Part shown: piece after piece, positions 9,832-19,094 of the stretch
Numbering within the stretch: the first letter of the stretch is position 1
How the letters are laid out: each line of letters opens with the position of its first letter
DNA from: an uncultured Chloroflexia bacterium
Lineage (GTDB): Bacteria; Chloroflexota; Dehalococcoidia; DSTF01; JALHUB01
Direction: 5' to 3'
NCBI GenBank assembly: GCA_963703345.1
Contig: OY969814.1
Location: 800,001 to 864,000, forward strand
DNA: 64,000 nt
Program-made: the position numbers and the translations under genes
Notes under the pieces: model-generated
What the model saw: the letters and a program-made list of their open reading frames with translations, nothing else
Told to the model about the DNA's origin: nothing
Database searches by the model: none

Positions 9832-10664
9832 CCCTAAAGGAGAGGCAAGAAGCAAGAATTCACCCACCTACTTTTCTATCAAATCTCCAGGCAGTCCTGT
9901 TTGATCTGGGCGACACCCTGTGGCATTTTCCCCAGATGCCGCCCATCGAGGTGATCCGGGGCGAAACGGTGCACCGGATCTGCGACCTCCTGCGCTCCTG
10001 GGGCATCCAGCCCGGCGGTGACCTCTTCTTCCTAGGTCGTGATATCCGCGCCGCCGTCGAAAAAGAAACGGACGCTGCCTACTGGGGCGATCTGGTCAGC
10101 CCTGACTATCCGGCGCTGGCGCAACGCGTCGCGGCGGAGAAGGGGCTCGCCATCAGCGATCAGCAGGCGCAGGAGCTCTGGCAGACCTGGAACCTGGGCG
10201 GCGTTTTCCTCGGACGGCGGCTCTACCCGGGCGTACGCGAGACGCTGGAATGGCTGCGGGAACGGGGCTATCGCGTCGGCTCCGTGACCAACCGCGGACT
10301 CGGCGGCGAGCTGTTCCGCGAAGAGCTGCGGCATCACGGCGTCCATGATCTCTTCGAAGTGCTGTCCATCTCCTGCGAAGTCGGCTATCTGAAGCCGCAC
10401 CGGCGGATTTTCGTCCACGCTCTCGAAACGCTGGGAGTGCCGGCAGCGGAGGCGGTGATGGTCGGCGACTCCCTACGGGCCGACGTGGCCGGGGCGAAAG
10501 CGCTCGGCATGACGACCGTCTGGAAGCGGGACAACCGGACGCGGGAAAGCAACGTCGAGCGGGACATGACGGCTTCGGAGGACGGCGCGGAGCCCGCCGC
10601 GGAGCCGGACTTCATCGTCGACGACCTGCGCGAGCTGATGTCGCTGCCACTGTTTCGCGACTAG
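9828..10664 (+). CDS. HAD-superfamily hydrolase
   Basis: FDLGDTL, VTN, KP..RIF, MVGDS..ADV.GA..LGM. Confidence 0.88.
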   Translation: MTLKERQEARIHPPTFLSNLQAVLFDLGDTLWHFPQMPPIEVIRGETVHRICDLLRSWGIQPGGDLFFLGRDIRAAVEKETDAAYWGDLVSPDYPALAQRVAAEKGLAISDQQAQELWQTWNLGGVFLGRRLYPGVRETLEWLRERGYRVGSVTNRGLGGELFREELRHHGVHDLFEVLSISCEVGYLKPHRRIFVHALETLGVPAAEAVMVGDSLRADVAGAKALGMTTVWKRDNRTRESNVERDMTASEDGAEPAAEPDFIVDDLRELMSLPLFRD

Positions 10665-10737
10665 ACCTTGGCAGAAGCGCCGTCATCGGCGAGAATGACG
10701 GCAGCACGCCAGTCTGATCTGCCGAAGGAGCGGTGGA

Positions 10738-12174
10738 ATGCCTGACTCGGAAGGGCGCCCCAGTCGTCGCAGGGAGCGCGTAAAGCCCTGGAGCGGACGC
10801 TTCGCCGCAAAGACGCATCCCCTCGTTGACGCCTACACCGGCTCCCTCGATGTCGACGCCGCGCTCTACGCTCAGGACATCCGCGCCTCGATCGCCCATG
10901 CCCGGATGCTGGCGCGACAACGCATCATCCCCCGCGCCGACGCCAACGCCATCGTGCGCGGCCTGCGCGAGATCGAACGCGAGATTGAGCGCGGCGAGTT
11001 CGTCTTCAACGCCGCGTTGGAGGACATCCACACGAACATCGAGGCGCGATTGGAGGAGAAGATAGGCGCGGCGGCGGGCCGGCTGCACACCGCCCGCTCC
11101 CGCAACGACCAGGTCGCAACGGACCTCCGTCTCTTCGCCAAGGAAGCGATAGCGCATTTACTCGGGGCGCTTCAAGGTCTGCAAACCGCGCTCCTGGACG
11201 CCGCTGAGCGGAACAAGGACGTGGTGATCCCCGGCTACACGCATCTCCAGCGGGCGCAGCCCGTCCTCCTGGCGCATCATCTGCTGGCCTACTTCGAGAT
11301 GCTGGAGCGCGATTTCGAGCGCTTCTCCGGCTGCTATGTTCGCACCGACGTCCTGCCGCTCGGAAGCGGGGCTCTCGCAGGCGTGCCGTATCCGGTGGAT
11401 AGAGCGGCGGTCGCGCGGGAGCTCGATTTCGCCGCCATAAGCCGCAACAGCATCGACGCCGTGTCCGACCGCGACTTCGTGGCGGAGTTCCTCGCCTGCG
11501 CAGCCATCTGCGCCATGCACCTCTCGCGACTGGCGGAGGAGATCGTTTTGTGGTCGTCGGCGGAGTTCGCCTTTATTGAGATCGACGACGCCTTTGCCAC
11601 CGGCTCCAGCATCATGCCGCAGAAGAAAAACCCGGACGTCGCGGAGCTGGCGCGGGGACGCACGGGACGCATCTACGGGCGGCTCGTGGGGTTCCTGACG
11701 ACGCTCAAGGGGCTGCCGCTGTCCTACAATCGCGACCTCCAGGAGGACAAAGCGCCGTTCCTGGACACGCACGAGAGCCTTCTGTTGACGCTGGTCGTGT
11801 TCGCGGAGATGCTGCCGGCCATCCGCTTCAACGCGGAGCGAACGCGGGCGGCGGCGGCGACGGGCTACACGCTGGCAACCGACCTGGCCGACTACCTGGC
11901 GCGAAAGGGAACGCCTTTCCGCGAGGCGCACCAGGCGGTCGGAAAGCTGGTCCGCTACGCTTCGGGCGGGGGCAAGGAGCTGTCGGAGCTGACGCTGAGA
12001 GAGTACCGGCGCTTCTCGCCTTTGTTCGACGAAGACGTGCTGGGACTTGACGTCGAGACGTCGTTGCGGGCGCGAGACGTTCCTGGCGGCACGGCGCCGA
12101 ATCGCGTGGCGGAGGCGCTGGCGGAGGCGCGGCAGCGGCTTGCCCGGCGCGAAATCGGGGAGAATGATGGCTGA
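10738..12174 (+). CDS. argH: Argininosuccinate lyase
   Basis: WSGRF, LHTARSRNDQV, GYTHLQRAQP, GSSIMPQKKNPD, YNRDLQEDK. Confidence 0.97.
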   Translation: MPDSEGRPSRRRERVKPWSGRFAAKTHPLVDAYTGSLDVDAALYAQDIRASIAHARMLARQRIIPRADANAIVRGLREIEREIERGEFVFNAALEDIHTNIEARLEEKIGAAAGRLHTARSRNDQVATDLRLFAKEAIAHLLGALQGLQTALLDAAERNKDVVIPGYTHLQRAQPVLLAHHLLAYFEMLERDFERFSGCYVRTDVLPLGSGALAGVPYPVDRAAVARELDFAAISRNSIDAVSDRDFVAEFLACAAICAMHLSRLAEEIVLWSSAEFAFIEIDDAFATGSSIMPQKKNPDVAELARGRTGRIYGRLVGFLTTLKGLPLSYNRDLQEDKAPFLDTHESLLLTLVVFAEMLPAIRFNAERTRAAAATGYTLATDLADYLARKGTPFREAHQAVGKLVRYASGGGKELSELTLREYRRFSPLFDEDVLGLDVETSLRARDVPGGTAPNRVAEALAEARQRLARREIGENDG

Positions 12175-12850
12175 CGGTATCAAGATCGCGCCTTCGATTC
12201 TCTCCGCCGACTACCTGCGTCTGGGCGAGCAGGTCCGGGAGGCCGAGGCCGCCGGCGCCGACTACATCCACGTCGACGTCATGGACGGGCATTTCGTGCC
12301 CAACATTACCATCGGACCGGTCGTCGTCGAGGCGATCAGGCGGGCGACGCGGCTGCCGCTGGACGTTCACCTGATGATCGAGGAGCCGGAACGGCACGTG
12401 GAGGCGTTCGCGAAGGCGGGCGCCTCATTCCTGACCGTGCACCCGGAGGCGACGCAGCAGCTTCATCGCACCGTCGCCTCGATACGGCGTCTGAATGTGC
12501 GGCCGGGCGTCGCGCTGAACCCGGGAACCTCTGTCTCGCTGGTCGAGGACGTGCTGGCGGACGTCGACCTTGTGCTGGTCATGAGCGTCGACCCGGGCTT
12601 CGGCGGGCAGGAGTTCATCGAAGGCGTCCTGCCGAAGGCGCGTCGACTGCGGAAACTGCTGGATGACGGCGGGTTAGCGGCGGAACTGGAGATCGATGGC
12701 GGCATCACCGTCGAGACGGCGCCGCGCTGCGTCCAGGCGGGCGTGCACGTGCTGGTGGCGGGCACGGCGGTGTTCAACGAAAAGCGAAGCGTAGCCGAGA
12801 GCATTGCCGCGCTGCGACAGAGCGTCGCGGGCGTGGTCGTCGCGGGATGA
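12167..12850 (+). CDS. rpe: Ribulose-phosphate 3-epimerase
   Basis: IAPSILSAD, HVDVMDGHFVPN, DVHLM, MSV.PGFGGQ, IDGG. Confidence 0.96.
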   Translation: MADGIKIAPSILSADYLRLGEQVREAEAAGADYIHVDVMDGHFVPNITIGPVVVEAIRRATRLPLDVHLMIEEPERHVEAFAKAGASFLTVHPEATQQLHRTVASIRRLNVRPGVALNPGTSVSLVEDVLADVDLVLVMSVDPGFGGQEFIEGVLPKARRLRKLLDDGGLAAELEIDGGITVETAPRCVQAGVHVLVAGTAVFNEKRSVAESIAALRQSVAGVVVAG

Positions 12851-12861
12851 GGACGAGGATG

Positions 12862-12901
12862 CGGTCAGACGGTCGCTTTCGACCGGGTGCGCAGGCAGCG
12901 G
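12862..12901 (-). repeat. Orphan duplicate of the rpmB 3' end
   Basis: 37/40 nt identical to 12976-13015; both encode RCLRTRSKATV-stop. Confidence 0.9.
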
Positions 12902-12916
12902 AGAGGGGGGACCGCA

Positions 12917-12936
12917 CTGAGGGATAAATCCCTCAG
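12917..12936. repeat. 20-bp palindromic repeat (REP-like)
   Basis: CTGAGGGATAAATCCCTCAG; a near-identical copy lies at 32209-32228 (inverted), with similar flanking sequence. Confidence 0.7.
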
Positions 12937-12978
12937 CTTCTTGGAAGGAACGTTGTTGGCGGGAAGTCGATGAGACGG

Positions 12979-13191
12979 TCAGACAGTCGCTTTCGACCGA
13001 GTGCGCAGGCACCGGGTGCAGATGTTCACTCTGGCGGCGCGTCCGTCGACGTAGATGGTCTGCTTGTGGACGTTGGGGCGAAACATGCGGTTCGTGCGGG
13101 GCGCTTTTCGCTCCCACCTACCGGCGTGACGGTGACGGATGTTTCGTCCGAAGGCGGTCGTCTTGCCGCAGAGTTCGCATTTGCCGGCCAT
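12979..13191 (-). CDS. rpmB: 50S ribosomal protein L28 (zinc-binding type)
   Basis: MAGKCELCGK...RTNRMFRPNV...ICTRCLR; divergent from the DAK2 gene. Confidence 0.95.
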   Translation of the reverse strand: MAGKCELCGKTTAFGRNIRHRHAGRWERKAPRTNRMFRPNVHKQTIYVDGRAARVNICTRCLRTRSKATV

Positions 13192-13277
13192 AGGGCAATC
13201 CTTTACGGGGTAGGTCCGTTCTTGGTAGAATTCGAAGGCGATCCTAACACGCCGCGGCGCACGGAGGCAAGTTCCCA

Positions 13278-14957
13278 TTGACCAGCATCGAATCGGATAG
13301 GCGTGCGGCCGACCGCGGCGGGAACGGCGCCGGCACGGCCACTTATTCCGGCGGAGAGCTGCGCGAGATGTTCGCCGCCGCGACGAGCTGGCTTGAGTGC
13401 AACGCCCAGGCCATCAACTCTATCAACGTCTTCCCTGTCCCTGACGGCGACACCGGCACCAACATGTACCTCACGATGCTGGCGACGATGGACGAGGCGT
13501 ATCAGAGCGGCAGCGAGGCCGCCAACGTCGTCGCCGGGGCGATGGCCCACGGCGCGCTCATGGGGGCGCGCGGCAACTCCGGCGTAATCCTCTCGCAGAT
13601 CCTTCGCGGCTTTGCCGACGGTCTTTCCGACAAGGAACGTTTCGATAGCCAGGACTTCGTCGCCGCGCTGGATGAAGCCACGCTGCGGGCGGACCGCGCC
13701 GTTTCGCATCCCGTCGAAGGGACGATCTTGACGGTCATGCGCGCCGTCGCCGCCGCCGCCCGCGACCGGTCGAAAGAGCTCGGCGGCAACCTGAAGAGCG
13801 TTCTCGCCGCCGCCGTCGACGCAGCCAAGGACGCCGTCGCGAAGACGCCCAGCCTGCTGCCGGCGCTGCGGGAGGCGGGCGTCGTGGATGCCGGCGGCCA
13901 GGGCCTGTACGTGATGCTGGAGGGGGCGCTGCGCTACCTCCGCGGCGACCTTGCGTCGCTGGCGCCGCTAGCCGTGCAGGACCCGGAGCGCTCCTGGGCG
14001 CGCGCGACGACGGCGTTGCACGGCGGCGAGGAAGGCAGCTTCGGCTTCTGCACGGAGTTCCTGGTGAGCGGCGAGAAGCTTAACGCCGGGTCGGTGCTGG
14101 AACGAATGCTGGAGATGGGCGATTCCGTGCTCGTTGTCGGAGATGAGAAACTGCTGCGCGTTCACCTGCACACCTCTGAGCCGGATGCCGCGATAGGCTT
14201 CGGCCGGTCGCTGGGCGAGCTGTCGCAGGTGAAGGTTGACAACATAGAGGAGCAGGCGGAGCGGTTCATCGCCCACGCGCGCGGCTACGAGGGTGACCTG
14301 GGAGCAGTGGGCATCGTCGCCGTCGTGTCGGGAGCGGGCCTGGAGGACGTGTTCCGCAGCCTGGGCGCAACGGCAACCGTCCAGGGCGGCGCGACGATGA
14401 ACCCCAGCACGCGCCAGATACTGGCGGCAATCGAGTCCTGCTCGCAGGAAGACGTCATCGTACTGCCGAACAACAAGAACGTCGTCCTTGCCGGCCAGCA
14501 GGCCGCGAAGCACAGTCACAAGCGCGTGCGGGTGGTCGGGACGACGTCGGTGCCGCAGGGGATGGCGGCGCTGGTGGCCCTCAGCCCGGAACAAGACCTG
14601 GACGACAACGCCCAGCTCATGGAAGCGGCGCGTCAGGACGTCCGGACGATCGAGGTGACGAAAGCGATCCGCACGACCTCAATCGACGGCCTCCGAGTGC
14701 GCGTCGGGCAGGCGATTGCGCTCGTCGACGGCAAACTCACGGTCGCCGACGAGTCGGCACATGCGGCTGTACTCGAGGCGCTGCGGCAGACCATCTCGCC
14801 GGAGATGAGCCTCGTCACAATCTACTTCGGCGCGGAATCGACGCGAGAGGACGCGGAAGGGCTGGCGGCTGAGATCCGCGCCATGTATCCTTCTCTGGAG
14901 ACAGAGGTTGTTTCCGGGGGCCAGCCCCACTACGCCTACATCGTCTCCCTGGAGTGA
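13278..14957 (+). CDS. DAK2-domain fatty acid kinase subunit (FakA/YloV)
   Basis: NVFPVPDGDTGTNM, GARGNSGVILSQ, EGTILTV, TMNPST, GGQPHY.Y..S.E. Confidence 0.93.
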   Translation: MTSIESDRRAADRGGNGAGTATYSGGELREMFAAATSWLECNAQAINSINVFPVPDGDTGTNMYLTMLATMDEAYQSGSEAANVVAGAMAHGALMGARGNSGVILSQILRGFADGLSDKERFDSQDFVAALDEATLRADRAVSHPVEGTILTVMRAVAAAARDRSKELGGNLKSVLAAAVDAAKDAVAKTPSLLPALREAGVVDAGGQGLYVMLEGALRYLRGDLASLAPLAVQDPERSWARATTALHGGEEGSFGFCTEFLVSGEKLNAGSVLERMLEMGDSVLVVGDEKLLRVHLHTSEPDAAIGFGRSLGELSQVKVDNIEEQAERFIAHARGYEGDLGAVGIVAVVSGAGLEDVFRSLGATATVQGGATMNPSTRQILAAIESCSQEDVIVLPNNKNVVLAGQQAAKHSHKRVRVVGTTSVPQGMAALVALSPEQDLDDNAQLMEAARQDVRTIEVTKAIRTTSIDGLRVRVGQAIALVDGKLTVADESAHAAVLEALRQTISPEMSLVTIYFGAESTREDAEGLAAEIRAMYPSLETEVVSGGQPHYAYIVSLE

Positions 14958-14984
14958 CCCACCTATCACGGGAGTCTCTGGCCG

Positions 14985-15833
14985 ATGACCGTCCGCGTGG
15001 TGACGGACAGCACGTCCGATCTTCCTCCTGACGTCCTGGAAGAGCTATCCATCGCATGCGTGCCGCTGGTGGTCCTCTTTGGCGACCAAGCATACCGCGA
15101 CGGCATCGATTTGACGACGGACCGGTTCTTCCAGAAGCTGGTAGAGAGCCCCATCGCTCCCAGCACGTCGCAGCCGTCCGTCGGCGAGTTCCAGCAGGTG
15201 TATGAGAGGCTGGTCGGCGAGGCGGATGGAATCGTCTCCGTCCACATCGGCGCGAAGCTCTCCGGCACGGTGGCGACGGCGATGCTGGCGCGCGACTCCA
15301 TGAGCAGCCGCTGTCCCATCGAAATCATCGATTCCGAGACGGCTTCCCTGGGCATCGGCTTCGCGGCCATTGCGGCGGCGCGGGCGGCAAAGGCGGGGGC
15401 GCCGTTGGAGGACGTTGCGGCGGCCGCGAGGTCGGTCGTGCGACGGCAGCACACGATATGCTTCCTCGACACGCTGGAATACGCGCGTCGCGGAGGAAGG
15501 ATCAGCCGCGTTGAGGCGATTCTGGGCGGCCTCCTCCATCTGAAGCCAATCTTCATTATCCAGGGCGTGTCGCTACCGCTGAGCCGCGCTCGCACGCGGC
15601 CTGCCGGCCTCAAGCGCCTGTTCGAGACGGCGATGGCTTACCCCAACATCGTCGACGTCGGCATAATGCACGCTACGACGCCGGAAGACGCGGAGCTTAT
15701 CGCCGGATGGACGCGCGAGCGGCTGCCGGGCGTCCCCATTCGCATCGTCCGGCTCGGCCCGGCGCTGGGTGCACACGGCGGCCCCGGCGTCACGGCGATG
15801 ACCGTCGTCGAAGGAGAGAAGAGCGGGACTTGA
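14985..15833 (+). CDS. DegV family fatty-acid-binding protein (FakB)
   Basis: VVTDSTSDL, TSQPS, LSGT, GGRI, LKPI, HGGPG. Confidence 0.93.
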   Translation: MTVRVVTDSTSDLPPDVLEELSIACVPLVVLFGDQAYRDGIDLTTDRFFQKLVESPIAPSTSQPSVGEFQQVYERLVGEADGIVSVHIGAKLSGTVATAMLARDSMSSRCPIEIIDSETASLGIGFAAIAAARAAKAGAPLEDVAAAARSVVRRQHTICFLDTLEYARRGGRISRVEAILGGLLHLKPIFIIQGVSLPLSRARTRPAGLKRLFETAMAYPNIVDVGIMHATTPEDAELIAGWTRERLPGVPIRIVRLGPALGAHGGPGVTAMTVVEGEKSGT

Positions 15834-18274
15834 ACCAGCCAGAGGCCCAACTGCGTAAGATCCTGGAGCTGGAGCAGCGCAAGGGCCACGCCGATACCGC
15901 GGTCATGGGAGGGCTTGACCGCTACCTCAAGAACCTCATCGAGCGCGACAACCTCGGCCCGCGGTCTCCGATCACCGAATCGATAATGGCGCTGCCGTCG
16001 CGTGGCTACGCCTCGCTCCCGCCCGAGGAGCGACGGCGCTGGCTGGCGCGGACGATCCAGCTCCTGAACGGCGCCGTCGAAAGGCCCACGCCGCCGCCGC
16101 CGGCCACTAAAACGCCTTCGAGGCCGAAGCGGGAGGTTCCGAAGCCCGTCGTCGTCGCCGGCGATTCGTCGTCCGCGCTGGAACTGCCGGTAACGGCGAT
16201 CCGCGGCGTGCGGGCGGCGCTGGCGGCAAAGCTGGCGCGATTGGGCGTGGCGACCGTGCAGGATATGCTCTTCTTCTTCCCCCGTCGCTACAACGACTTC
16301 GCGAGCATCCGTCCCATCGCCGAGCTTGTCGTCGGCGAGGAGCAGACGGTCATCGGCAGCGTCTGGAGCGCAACCGACACGCTGATCGGACGGCGAATGC
16401 GCGGCACCGAGGCGCTGGTCGGCGATGAGACCGGCGTGATGCGTGTGGTCTGGTTCAACCAGCCCTATCTGGCGCAGCAGCTTCGCACGAACGAGCGGAT
16501 TGTGCTGGCCGGCAAGGTGACGCTCTACAAGGGGCAGAAGACGCTGGAGAACCCGGAGTACGAGCCGCTGGAATCGGAAGAGCTGGTGCATACGGGAAGG
16601 CTGGTGCCGGTCTACCATTCGACGGCCGGGATGGCGGGACGCACCCTCCGGCGGTTGGCAAAGGAAACCCTCGATGCCTACCTTGCCGCCCTGCCGGAGC
16701 TCCTGCCGCCCTCGATGCTAGCGCGAAACCGCATGCCGTCGAGACCGGATGCCGTGCGACAAATGCACTTCCCCGACAATTGGGACGCGCTCAGGGCGGC
16801 GCGGCGTCGCCTGGCGTTCGAAGAGCTATTGCTCATCCAGGTCGGCGTTCTGCAACGCAAGCGCGAGTGGCAGGAGCGCGGGCTGGCGCGGCCACTGCAT
16901 CTGTCGGAGGAGATGCGCCGCGACTACGTGGCGTCGCTGCCCTTCGAGCTGACAGGCGCCCAGCAGAGGGCGATGGCGCAGACTCTGGCGGACCTGGCGC
17001 GGGAACGGCCGATGAGCCGCCTGCTCCAGGGCGACGTTGGCAGCGGCAAGACCGTCGTTGCGGCGGCGGCGCTTCTGGCGGCTGTCGCGTCCGGCGCGCA
17101 GGGAGCGATGATGGCGCCGACGGAGATCCTGGCGGAGCAGCACTTCCACACGCTCTGTCGCATCTTCTCTTGCAGCGAGCGGACGGCGGTCGTGGCGGTC
17201 GTAAGGCCGCCCTATCTTCCGAAGCCGCTGACGATAGCGCTGCTGACGGGAAGCCTGCCGGCGTCGGTGAAGCGGGAGCTGCGCGAGCAGATCGCCGCCG
17301 GCGAGATCGACATCGTGGTCGGGACGCATGCCGTCATCCAGCAGGACGTCGCTTTCCATCGCCTCGGGCTTGCGGTCGTCGACGAGCAACACCGGTTCGG
17401 CGTCATGCAGCGGGCGGCGCTGCGGGAGAAGGGGCGCAACCCGCACGTGCTGGTCATGACGGCGACGCCGATACCGCGCACGCTCACTCTAACCGTCTAC
17501 GGCGACCTCGACGTCTCGGTCATCGACGAGATGCCGCCGGGCCGGAAGCCGGTCCAGACGCGCTGGGTCGCGCCGGACGGGCGTGACGAAGCGTACGAGT
17601 TCGTTCGCGGCCAGGTGCGGCAGGGATATCAGGCGTTCGTCATCTGCCCGCTGATCGAAGAGTCGGAGACCGTCGCCGTGCGGGCGGCGACGCAGGAGTT
17701 CGAACGGCTGAGCAGCGAGGTCTTCCCGGAGGCGCGGCTGGGACTGCTGCACGGCCGGCTGGGCGCGCAAAAGAAGGAGCGCGTCATGCGCGAGTTCCGC
17801 GACCACGCGCTCGATATGCTGGTCTCCACCGCTGTCGTCGAAGTCGGCGTCGATATCCCGCACGCGACGGTGATGATGGTTGAGGCTGCGGAACGCTTCG
17901 GTCTGGCGCAGCTTCACCAGTTGCGCGGCCGCGTCGGGCGGAGCGACGTGCAAAGCTATTGCCTGTTGCTCTCGGACAGCCCGGCGCCGGACGCGCGAGA
18001 GCGGCTTCAGATCGTCGAACGGACGCAGGACGGCTTCGCGCTGGCGGAGGCGGACCTGCGACTGCGCGGCCCGGGGGAGTTCTTCGGGACGCGACAGAGC
18101 GGGCTGCCCGACCTGAGGGTGGCGCAGCTATCTGATGTTCCGCTGATCGAGCTGGCGCGGAGCGAGGCGACGCGCCTGTTGGAGGAAGACGCGGAGCTTG
18201 CGCGGCCGGAGCACGGCCCTCTTCGAGAGGAAGTGGCGCGGCTGTGGGAGCGCGTGGCGGCGGAGGCGCACTAG
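15830..18274 (+). CDS. recG: ATP-dependent DNA helicase RecG
   Basis: LLQGDVGSGKT, DEQHRFG, MTATPIPRT, QLHQLRGRVGR, DLRLRGPGE. TTG start overlaps the DegV stop. Confidence 0.96.
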   Translation: MNQPEAQLRKILELEQRKGHADTAVMGGLDRYLKNLIERDNLGPRSPITESIMALPSRGYASLPPEERRRWLARTIQLLNGAVERPTPPPPATKTPSRPKREVPKPVVVAGDSSSALELPVTAIRGVRAALAAKLARLGVATVQDMLFFFPRRYNDFASIRPIAELVVGEEQTVIGSVWSATDTLIGRRMRGTEALVGDETGVMRVVWFNQPYLAQQLRTNERIVLAGKVTLYKGQKTLENPEYEPLESEELVHTGRLVPVYHSTAGMAGRTLRRLAKETLDAYLAALPELLPPSMLARNRMPSRPDAVRQMHFPDNWDALRAARRRLAFEELLLIQVGVLQRKREWQERGLARPLHLSEEMRRDYVASLPFELTGAQQRAMAQTLADLARERPMSRLLQGDVGSGKTVVAAAALLAAVASGAQGAMMAPTEILAEQHFHTLCRIFSCSERTAVVAVVRPPYLPKPLTIALLTGSLPASVKRELREQIAAGEIDIVVGTHAVIQQDVAFHRLGLAVVDEQHRFGVMQRAALREKGRNPHVLVMTATPIPRTLTLTVYGDLDVSVIDEMPPGRKPVQTRWVAPDGRDEAYEFVRGQVRQGYQAFVICPLIEESETVAVRAATQEFERLSSEVFPEARLGLLHGRLGAQKKERVMREFRDHALDMLVSTAVVEVGVDIPHATVMMVEAAERFGLAQLHQLRGRVGRSDVQSYCLLLSDSPAPDARERLQIVERTQDGFALAEADLRLRGPGEFFGTRQSGLPDLRVAQLSDVPLIELARSEATRLLEEDAELARPEHGPLREEVARLWERVAAEAH

Positions 18275-18341
18275 CGCGCCGGCGAGCCGGCAAACGGTGC
18301 TACAATGACGAAAACGCCTGCTGGATTCGGAGATACCGGTT

Positions 18342-19094
18342 GTGGGTAACGCCGACCTTCATGTTCACAGCGCCTGCGGTGACGGAATGGCCACCATCGA
18401 AGAGATCCTGGCGTACGCGGACCAGAAGACGGACCTGTCGGTCGTCGCCGTCACCGACCACGACGAGCTGAAGGGCGGCGCCCTGGCCCGCGAGGTCTGT
18501 GCGCGCGGAAACTACCGCGTCCAGGTGATAGCCGGCGAGGAAGTGACTACGCTGCAGGGCCATCTCCTCGCGCTCTTCATAGAGGAGCCGGTGGTCCCAC
18601 TGAAGCCGCTGGCGGAAACGCTGGAAGCGATCCATAGGCAGGGCGGGCTGTGCGTCATCCCGCATCCGCTAAACTGGCTTACGCGCAGCATCGGCCACAA
18701 GTCGATCTTGAGCGTCATGACGCGACGCGGCACGGGCGTCTACTTCGACGCTATCCAGACGGCGAATGTGGCGCCGGGGTCGCGGGTCAAGCTCAACACG
18801 GCGCGTCGACTCAACAGAGAGCGCTATCACCTGCCGGAGGTCGGCGGCAGCGACGCCCATTTCCTGCAGGCCGTCGGCAGTGCTTACACGGTCTTCGAAG
18901 GCGAAAGCGCCGAAGACCTGCGCCGAAGCATCCTGTTGGGCACGACCAGCGCCGGCGAGGGGCGCTATCCTTCGCTGGCGGAAATAGGGTTCGGCCGGTT
19001 CCTGCGACAGCAGTACCGCGGTATAGTAGTGACGCCGAAAGCCGCCGGCTGGCTGCCGACGATCTTGAGCTTCGTCAAACGGCTGAAGCCATGA
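18342..19094 (+). CDS. PHP-domain phosphoesterase
   Basis: DLHVHS, TDHD, GEEVTT..GH, PHP, GGSDAH. Confidence 0.88.
   Translation: MGNADLHVHSACGDGMATIEEILAYADQKTDLSVVAVTDHDELKGGALAREVCARGNYRVQVIAGEEVTTLQGHLLALFIEEPVVPLKPLAETLEAIHRQGGLCVIPHPLNWLTRSIGHKSILSVMTRRGTGVYFDAIQTANVAPGSRVKLNTARRLNRERYHLPEVGGSDAHFLQAVGSAYTVFEGESAEDLRRSILLGTTSAGEGRYPSLAEIGFGRFLRQQYRGIVVTPKAAGWLPTILSFVKRLKP

Noticed and set aside
10557-10590. HAD segment ERDMTASEDGA resembling the ArgD tail ERDWVSKEDGA
   Set aside because: It lacks the F and W anchors, is internal rather than terminal, and is low-complexity acidic sequence; likely chance.
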